Assembly: GCA_040222015.1 (NCBI GenBank)
Contig: JAVJWO010000059.1
Location: forward strand, 1 to 12,703
Direction: 5' to 3'
DNA: 12,703 nt
Source: Coleofasciculus chthonoplastes F2-STO-03
GTDB taxonomy: Bacteria; Cyanobacteriota; Cyanobacteriia; Cyanobacteriales; Coleofasciculaceae
Positions 7,431-12,703 of the stretch are shown here, piece by piece. The notes below the pieces were generated by a model that was given only the letters and a program-made list of their open reading frames with translations, made no database searches and was not told the DNA's origin. Numbering within the stretch: the first letter of the stretch is position 1; every line of letters begins with the position of its first letter. The position numbers and the translations under genes were made by a program.

Positions 7431-7536
7431 ATAGCAGTAGACACATCGATTAGGACTTTCGGCACCATTGTAGAGACGCGCCATGGCGCGTCTCTACATA
7501 AATGATGTGTCCTAACAGCTATGGCGGTTGCTATAA
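7429..7536. mobile_element. MITE-like element B (108 bp, TTATAGCA-N13-TTAGGAC TIRs) with a central perfect palindrome
   Basis: Left TTATAGCA-gtagacacatcga-TTAGGAC (7429-7456); right end reverse complement TTATAGCA-accgccatagctg-TTAGGAC (7509-7536); identical spacing. Confidence 0.65.
7469..7498. repeat. Perfect 30-bp palindrome TGTAGAGACGCGCCATGGCGCGTCTCTACA (GTAG-type REP)
   Basis: Self-reverse-complementary over all 30 bp. Confidence 0.95.
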
Positions 7537-7586
7537 CTGATGATAGGACATCCATTAACATCGAAATTGTCATCCCTGTGTAGGGG

Positions 7587-8552
7587 CTAATTATCAGAGA
7601 TAATCACATCGGTTATTAGAGGTAAATGATCGGAACCTACATAATTACCCGTTTTAATATTGAGAACTGAAATATCTGGACTGACTAAACAATGGTCAAT
7701 TGGAATAGAAAACCCAGGTGTTCCCGCCGGAAATGTTGGTAAAAGCCCAAATCCTGCCCTGGCATTCCGCAGTCCAGAATAATGAATGGCTTTTTTATAG
7801 TAAAGTGACCACATGGTTATATTCAAATCTCCCATTAAAATAACGGGTGTTTTGAGGTGTTCGACATAACGCCCAATTCCTACTTCTAGATGTTGATTGC
7901 GCCACTTGAACCCATCTTTATCAAACATTAATGGTTGCATCGTATGACTGATAATCAGAGAGACTGTTTTACCCTCAATCGTTAAATCCGCTAATAGATT
8001 GCCGCGATTCTGTCCGTAACGCTGAATCGAATAATTTTCTAAAGGAATATTACTATAGAGTTCCATCTCAAGTATCTTTGCGCTGATATGATAAGGGAAA
8101 CTTTCTGCTAAAACCTGCAACTTCTCTGACCAGATCACATTAGCTTCTAAAAAAGCCGCGATCGCAGGTTTTTCTTGGTCAACTAAAGCAATCACCTGAT
8201 CATACTGCTGATTGGACGCCAAGACATTCAGGGATAACAGTCGCAAGGGTTGACCGGAAGCAAGATTCCCTTGGGGAATATACCATGGCACAATGTCTAT
8301 CAAGTTAATGAAAACACAAGCTAAACTCAAAACTAGCCAGATTCGCTGTTGCGTTAGCGTAAAAAAAATGCATAAAAATAATCCTAAAATAAAATATTGA
8401 ATTTTAAAATTAGACGTTATATCTAAAAAGATATTTAATTGACCCAAATAACCTGTGATAGACAAGATAATGATACTAACCGTTAGTCCCCTAAAAAAAT
8501 AGACAACCCTGGTTTTGAATCGAGCAATTAAGTGAATAGACATAAACAGCAT
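7587..8552 (-). CDS. Endonuclease/exonuclease/phosphatase (EEP) family protein with N-terminal membrane anchor
   Basis: Three N-terminal hydrophobic segments, then LSLNV, FLEAN, MGDLN, IDHCLVS and GSDHLP motifs; exact start uncertain. Confidence 0.88.
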   Translation of the reverse strand: MLFMSIHLIARFKTRVVYFFRGLTVSIIILSITGYLGQLNIFLDITSNFKIQYFILGLFLCIFFTLTQQRIWLVLSLACVFINLIDIVPWYIPQGNLASGQPLRLLSLNVLASNQQYDQVIALVDQEKPAIAAFLEANVIWSEKLQVLAESFPYHISAKILEMELYSNIPLENYSIQRYGQNRGNLLADLTIEGKTVSLIISHTMQPLMFDKDGFKWRNQHLEVGIGRYVEHLKTPVILMGDLNITMWSLYYKKAIHYSGLRNARAGFGLLPTFPAGTPGFSIPIDHCLVSPDISVLNIKTGNYVGSDHLPLITDVIISDN

Positions 8553-8573
8553 TATACACCCACATAAACAACA

Positions 8574-8599
8574 GTAGGGGCTTGGTTACCAAGCCCCTA
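8574..8599. repeat. GTAG-footed palindrome TAGGGGCTTGGT-T-ACCAAGCCCCTA
   Basis: 12-bp perfect arms at 8575-8586 and 8588-8599, in the 72-bp gap between the SpoIID and EEP genes. Confidence 0.85.
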
Positions 8600-8624
8600 A
8601 AACCCGCAATTGTCTGTTCTTAAA

Positions 8625-9773
8625 TTACGGAAGCTCAGAAATCATTGCCCGTTGATAATAATGACTCAAAATCTGTTGATAGTTAACACCCTGTTGCGCT
8701 AAATTATGCGCCCCCCATTGACTTAATCCTAATCCGTGACCATAGCCGCGACCACTAACTTGAAAACTCCCCCCCATATTACTCACCGTAAACAGCGTAC
8801 TTTTCAGTCCCAGCGCCTTACGCATATCATTGCCACTAACCCGCTTACTCCCCCCTGTGCCCTTTACTCTCATGGTGACAACGCGCCCATGGGGAGTTGT
8901 CCGTTCTGGGGTCATAGAGGTGACGCGCCCAACTCCACCAATCCGGCGTCCTAATTCGCTACCGGAAAAGGTTTGAGTCCACTGAAAGACAGGTGCGCCC
9001 ACATCATAATCGGGAACTCCTCGCAGATAGGCTAGGGGTTTACTCCAAATATCTTCCACATTTTCTGTATGTCCACCCGACGAGGAATGGAAAACGGATA
9101 GAATCACATCACCGCCGTAGGTTAAAATCTGTCCGGCTGTGGCGTTGACGGCGGTATGAGTGCTTTCGGCTTCAGTTTCCAGTCCTTTGTACACTTGCCA
9201 CTTAACTGTATCACCGACATCGTAGACGCTATTCCCTGATTCAGCTCGTTTATAGAGGGCGTAGGTACGAGCCGCAACAGCTTGGGCTTTGAGGGATTCT
9301 TGGGGCCAACTCGGACTCATTTCTGAGCCAATCACGCTGTAGAGATATTGCTCAAAGTCCACATGATTAACCACCGTTAATCGCCCCCCCGTCGCTACTA
9401 ATCGAGTCCGCCCCCGATACCAGCGATCGCCTATCCAAACCAAACCATCCTCAGTGGGTTCAATCCACAGTGATCCCGAACTCCAACGCCCTAAACGAAC
9501 CCCACTTCCTCCAGATTGGGCGTCAAAACCATTCATCGGCGCAAGTTCTCCCACAGGTTGACCCGCGCTATCGCGAACAATGGCTTTAGTTGAACTTCCT
9601 ACCTTAACGCGACTGACGCCTTCTTCAATCGCCACCCGTAATTCCGTTAAGGCTTGGGCGGGACTGACTAAGATCATCCACAATAAAAAAGAGAGCCACC
9701 AATGACGCCCTCCAGAGCGAATCATTAACTTGAGCATATTTACCACAGTGAAGGGAAAACGTCTAGATGTCAT
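8625..9773 (-). CDS. SpoIID/LytB domain protein (peptidoglycan lytic transglycosylase-type), exported
   Basis: EQYLYSVIGSEM, LKAQAVAARTYA, QVYKG, FHSSSGGHTE, GRGYGHGLGLSQWGA, ILSHYY; signal peptide ending SPAQA; AAGGAAG upstream of 9773 (downstream Met starts possible). Confidence 0.92.
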   Translation of the reverse strand: MTSRRFPFTVVNMLKLMIRSGGRHWWLSFLLWMILVSPAQALTELRVAIEEGVSRVKVGSSTKAIVRDSAGQPVGELAPMNGFDAQSGGSGVRLGRWSSGSLWIEPTEDGLVWIGDRWYRGRTRLVATGGRLTVVNHVDFEQYLYSVIGSEMSPSWPQESLKAQAVAARTYALYKRAESGNSVYDVGDTVKWQVYKGLETEAESTHTAVNATAGQILTYGGDVILSVFHSSSGGHTENVEDIWSKPLAYLRGVPDYDVGAPVFQWTQTFSGSELGRRIGGVGRVTSMTPERTTPHGRVVTMRVKGTGGSKRVSGNDMRKALGLKSTLFTVSNMGGSFQVSGRGYGHGLGLSQWGAHNLAQQGVNYQQILSHYYQRAMISELP

Positions 9774-10024
9774 CTGTAAAACTTCCTTATCCGAAGACTA
9801 CTCTCGGTTTAATAATTAACAGAGATGGAATTGCCAATCTTGGTCGTCGCTAGATTATTCCGTTCCCGATACTGGAACCAAGAATCCGCACGCTGATTTT
9901 TGCTCTGGCTAAGATTGCATCCCTTAAAAAGATTGACAGGCATATTTCTAACATGTTTCTTGCTCATCGGCTAGTGCAGGGCGATCCCAGGGGTATAATC
10001 TCCTGTTGGGGAAATCTCTCCCTT

Positions 10025-10074
10025 CCCATTTCCTATTGCCTAGAGTCCTATTCCCTATTTCCTGTTCCCTATTT
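10025..10074. repeat. Degenerate heptamer tandem (CCTATTY-like), about 7 units, STRR type
   Basis: cccattt cctattg cctagag(t) cctattc cctattt cctgttc cctattt. Confidence 0.65.
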
Positions 10075-10081
10075 TCTAATC

Positions 10082-10744
10082 ATGGACAAACCAAACGAGT
10101 TGATTCAAACTCCCCAGCCCCCTCTGGTTGAACCCAAGATTCTCCAGCAACTCTCGGAAGAAGTGGTGCTTTCACCCTCTTATTTAGTGTTAATGGGCAT
10201 GGCGGGCATTTTATCCGCCATTGCCTTGTTGACCAATTCGATTCCAATTCTGATTGGTTCGATGATTATTGCACCCGCATTTCTACCGTTATCATTAGTC
10301 GCCTTTGCCCTAGTTGCAGGTCAACCCAGGCTGGCGCTACGGGGTTTCATGGTGGCTCTAGTCGGGCTATTCGTGGCGACAATTTCAGCCATGGCGACGG
10401 TATGGGTATTCAATACCAGCGCAATTCTGCCTTCTCATGATAATCTCCTGGATAAACCCCTATTGGAAGAACGGGTAGAACCGGGTTGGTATAGTGTGGT
10501 GGTGGCTTTAGCGGCGGGGGTGTCTGGAACCATTGCTTTAGTCAAGCAGAAAGTCGATACATTAGTGGGAACGGTTGCAGCTTTAGCATTAGTCCCGGCT
10601 GCGGCGGCGGCTGCGATCGCGTTTATGTCCCATGATCCGCTTCGGGGTGTTGGTGGCTTGGAGTTGCTGGCGATTAATGTTGGGTTAATTATCTTGGCAG
10701 GTATGATTACGGTGCTGATGATCGGATCTGAGCCGTCGAGTTAA
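10082..10744 (+). CDS. DUF389-family integral membrane protein
   Basis: AILSAI-like first helix, LTNSIPILIGSMIIAP, LLEERVEP, VVALAAGVSG, GTVAALALVP. Start moved from 9953 to ATG 10082 because the extension runs through a heptamer repeat. Confidence 0.8.
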   Translation: MDKPNELIQTPQPPLVEPKILQQLSEEVVLSPSYLVLMGMAGILSAIALLTNSIPILIGSMIIAPAFLPLSLVAFALVAGQPRLALRGFMVALVGLFVATISAMATVWVFNTSAILPSHDNLLDKPLLEERVEPGWYSVVVALAAGVSGTIALVKQKVDTLVGTVAALALVPAAAAAAIAFMSHDPLRGVGGLELLAINVGLIILAGMITVLMIGSEPSS

Positions 10745-10758
10745 CGTCAGGGATTAAG

Positions 10759-11334
10759 ATGATGCAGGCAGTTGGGGATACAATTAGCTGGGCATTGGGA
10801 CTCGAAGCCCCAACCCTCAATGTGTGGCAGATGGGATTACGGGCAGCAATTATCTATGGGGCGGCGCTGATCATGGTGCGGGTGATTGGCGATCGCCGCT
10901 TTATTGGTAAACACGCAGCGATGGATGTGCTGCTGGGTGTGATTCTGGGGTCTACCTTGAGTCGGGCGATTAATGGGGCTGCGCCCTATTTTCCCACACT
11001 AGGCGCAGCGTTAGTCTTAGTGGGAATGCATGGGTTGGTGTCAGCGCTGGCGTTTCATGTTGAGTATCTTGATGTTTGGGTCAAGGGTAGACCCCGGACG
11101 TTAATTCGCGAGGGTCAAGTGAATCGCAAGGCGATGCGAAAAAGTCATATTAGTGACAGAGATTTAGAGTCATCGTTGCGTCTCAAGGGAAAAATCACCG
11201 AACCCACGCAGGTAGAAATGGCTCGTCTAGAAAGTAATGGCGAAATTAGTGTCATGCCCAAACCTAAACCACCGAGGGTGATCGAGGTGTCAGTGGAAGC
11301 GGGTGTGCAAACGGTGCGAATCGAGGTGGATTGA
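10759..11334 (+). CDS. DUF421/YetF-family membrane protein
   Basis: RAAIIY..LIMVRVIG.R, DVLLGVILGS, KGRPRTLIREGQVNRKAMRK, LESSLRLKG, ARLESNGEISV; starts 14 bp after the DUF389 stop. Confidence 0.88.
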   Translation: MMQAVGDTISWALGLEAPTLNVWQMGLRAAIIYGAALIMVRVIGDRRFIGKHAAMDVLLGVILGSTLSRAINGAAPYFPTLGAALVLVGMHGLVSALAFHVEYLDVWVKGRPRTLIREGQVNRKAMRKSHISDRDLESSLRLKGKITEPTQVEMARLESNGEISVMPKPKPPRVIEVSVEAGVQTVRIEVD

Positions 11335-11354
11335 TCGCAGGGAAGCTGGGGAAC

Positions 11355-11420
11355 ACCTCGACTTACTTCGACTTACTTCGGCTTCGCTCAGTAACACGCT
11401 CAGTAACACGCTCGGTGTGT
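11355..11420. mobile_element. Triple self-nested 22-nt small dispersed repeat (3 x 22 = 66 nt)
   Basis: ACCTCGACTT[ACTTCGACTT[ACTTCGGCTTCGCTCAGTAACA]CGCTCAGTAACA]CGCTCGGTGTGT. Confidence 0.8.
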
Positions 11421-11437
11421 CAGATGGGGGAGATTGT

Positions 11438-11500
11438 GTAGGGGCGGGTTTCACTACTATCTTTTTGGTTGCACCCAGATGTAATTAAACCCGCCCTGAC
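11438..11500 (+). repeat. REP-like hairpin element, GGGCGGGTTT family, loop subfamily A
   Basis: GTAGGGGCGGGTTT (11438-11451), 35-bp loop, AAACCCGCCCTGAC (11487-11500). Confidence 0.88.
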
Positions 11501-11520
11501 CTCACCGTTCAATTATCGCA

Positions 11521-11541
11521 AATGACCAATGACCAATGACA
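11521..11541. repeat. STRR2-type heptamer, 3 copies (AATGACC/AATGACA)
   Basis: aatgacc aatgacc aatgaca; the reverse complement contains TTGGTCA, the cyanobacterial STRR2 unit. Confidence 0.75.
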
Positions 11542-11597
11542 AACTGTAACATGAATAGGGGAGTCTGTTTCCCGACTAAGGTTCAAGGATCAAGCCT

Positions 11598-12557
11598 GTG
11601 CAAATTACGTTTTTAGGAACCAGTTCCGGAGTACCCACGCGATCGCGCAATGTGTCCAGTTTGACGTTGCGTCTCCCTCAACGGGCAGAGTTTTGGCTGT
11701 TTGACTGTGGTGAAGGCACTCAGCATCAGCTTTTACGCAGTGAACTCAAAACCAGTCAACTTCGCCGCATTTTCATCACCCATTTGCATGGTGACCATAT
11801 CTTTGGCTTAATGGGACTACTGGCGAGCTGTGGTTTAGCCGGTAATGTTGATCGGGTTGATATTTATGGTCCACCTGGTCTTAATGATTACTTAAAAGCG
11901 TGCAGCAAATACTCCCATACCCGTTTTTCATTCCCCACGCAGGTACACACGGTTAGCCCCGGCATTATTTACGAGGATGAGGAATATACGGTAATCTGTG
12001 GAGCGCTCAAGCATCGTGTGACGGCGTTTGGCTATCGCATCGTTGAAAAAGATCGTTCGGGACGGTTTGATGTCGAAAAAGCCAAGGCATTAAAGATTCC
12101 ACCCGGACCAATTTATGGTCAACTTAAACGGGGAGAAACCGTCACCCTAGATGATGGACGTAAAATTCAGGGCAAAAACTTGTGTGGGGAACCCGAAATT
12201 GGGCGTAAATTTGTTTACTGTACGGATACGGTTTATTGTGATGGAGCAGTAGACCTTGCCCAGGATGCTGATGTATTGATTCATGAAGCGACGTTTGCTC
12301 ATCAGGATTCTCAATTGGCATTTGAACGGTTACATTCCACCTCAACAATGGCGGCACAAGTGGCGTTAAGCGCTGGCGTTAAGCAGCTAATTATGACCCA
12401 TTTTAGCCCACGTTATGCACCTGGAAATGACATTGGATTAGAGGATTTACTCAAGGAAGCACAAGCCATTTTCCCCAAAACAAAATTGGCGTATGATTTC
12501 TTCAGTTACGAAATACCCCGGCGTCGAGTCCCAGAGTTAGTGGTAGAGGGGAGATGA
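11598..12557 (+). CDS. rnz: Ribonuclease Z (tRNA 3' processing)
   Basis: [27 protein letters not shown] metallo-beta-lactamase motif, IPPGP exosite, YCTDT, HEATF, HST, THFSPRY; GTG start with AAGGA upstream. Confidence 0.97.
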   Translation: MQITFLGTSSGVPTRSRNVSSLTLRLPQRAEFWLFDCGEGTQHQLLRSELKTSQLRRIFITHLHGDHIFGLMGLLASCGLAGNVDRVDIYGPPGLNDYLKACSKYSHTRFSFPTQVHTVSPGIIYEDEEYTVICGALKHRVTAFGYRIVEKDRSGRFDVEKAKALKIPPGPIYGQLKRGETVTLDDGRKIQGKNLCGEPEIGRKFVYCTDTVYCDGAVDLAQDADVLIHEATFAHQDSQLAFERLHSTSTMAAQVALSAGVKQLIMTHFSPRYAPGNDIGLEDLLKEAQAIFPKTKLAYDFFSYEIPRRRVPELVVEGR

Positions 12558-12604
12558 GGGGTGTGTAAGCTCAAGGGGCGGGTTAAGACAGCTAAAAAGG
12601 AGAC

Positions 12605-12653
12605 AGGGTGTAGGGTGTAGGGTGTGGGGTGTAGGGTGTGGGGTGTTGAGTGT
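12605..12653. repeat. Heptamer tandem RGGGTGT, 6-7 copies
   Basis: agggtgt x3, ggggtgt, agggtgt, ggggtgt, tgagtgt, then decay to the window end. Confidence 0.88.
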
Positions 12654-12703
12654 GGGTTAATTCGGGTCGTGTGAATTGTGTCGTGTGAGTTGTTAGAGAT
12701 GTT

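Larger units (their letters stand above)
3146..11646. other. HIP1 octamers GCGATCGC, 8 perfect copies
   Basis: Starts at 3146, 5155, 5681, 8158, 9423, 10613, 10889 and 11639 (found by eye). Confidence 0.9.

Noticed and set aside
9953..10081. 43-aa N-terminal extension of the DUF389 ORF
   Set aside because: It translates a heptamer tandem repeat and a probable promoter region (TATAAT near 9995)
11547..11560. NtcA site upstream of rnz (GTAACATGAATAGG)
   Set aside because: The right half TAC is missing
790..12357. Other short ORFs overlapping the main genes (790, 1568, 1702, 1787, 1986, 4058, 4948, 5200, 5962, 6184, 6517, 6751, 8736, 12142)
   Set aside because: Antisense or alternate-frame shadows of well-supported CDSs, with no recognisable motifs
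12575..12584. Sixth GGGGCGGGTT hairpin element
   Set aside because: Solo arm with no partner AAACCCGCCC in the remaining sequence

Overview
Cyanobacterial chromosomal segment. Eight perfect HIP1 octamers (GCGATCGC), STRR-type heptamer tandems and GTAG-footed palindromes point to a filamentous, repeat-rich cyanobacterium; the exact taxon cannot be fixed from this window. It carries ten intact genes: a nicotinamidase/isochorismatase-like cysteine hydrolase (-), a Zn-independent MDR/quinone oxidoreductase (+), a MerA/LpdA-like flavin disulfide reductase (-) downstream of a TVP38/DedA membrane protein (-), a conserved cyanobacterial/plastid membrane protein (+), a membrane-anchored EEP-family hydrolase (-), a SpoIID/LytB protein (-), a DUF389 plus DUF421/YetF pair (+) and ribonuclease Z (+). 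I see no transposase, CRISPR array, tRNA or rRNA, and no clearly new protein system. The unusual content is intergenic: (1) a 22-nt element nested three deep inside itself at 11355-11420; (2) five polar GGGCGGGTTT/AAACCCGCCC hairpin elements with two loop subfamilies; (3) two ~105-bp TA-terminated MITE-like shells, each carrying an internal GTAG hairpin, stacked at 7225-7536; (4) two three-way-junction elements bracketing the DedA-reductase pair; (5) a 33-bp tandem array built from one hairpin arm. Both window ends decay inside tandem repeats and look like contig ends.
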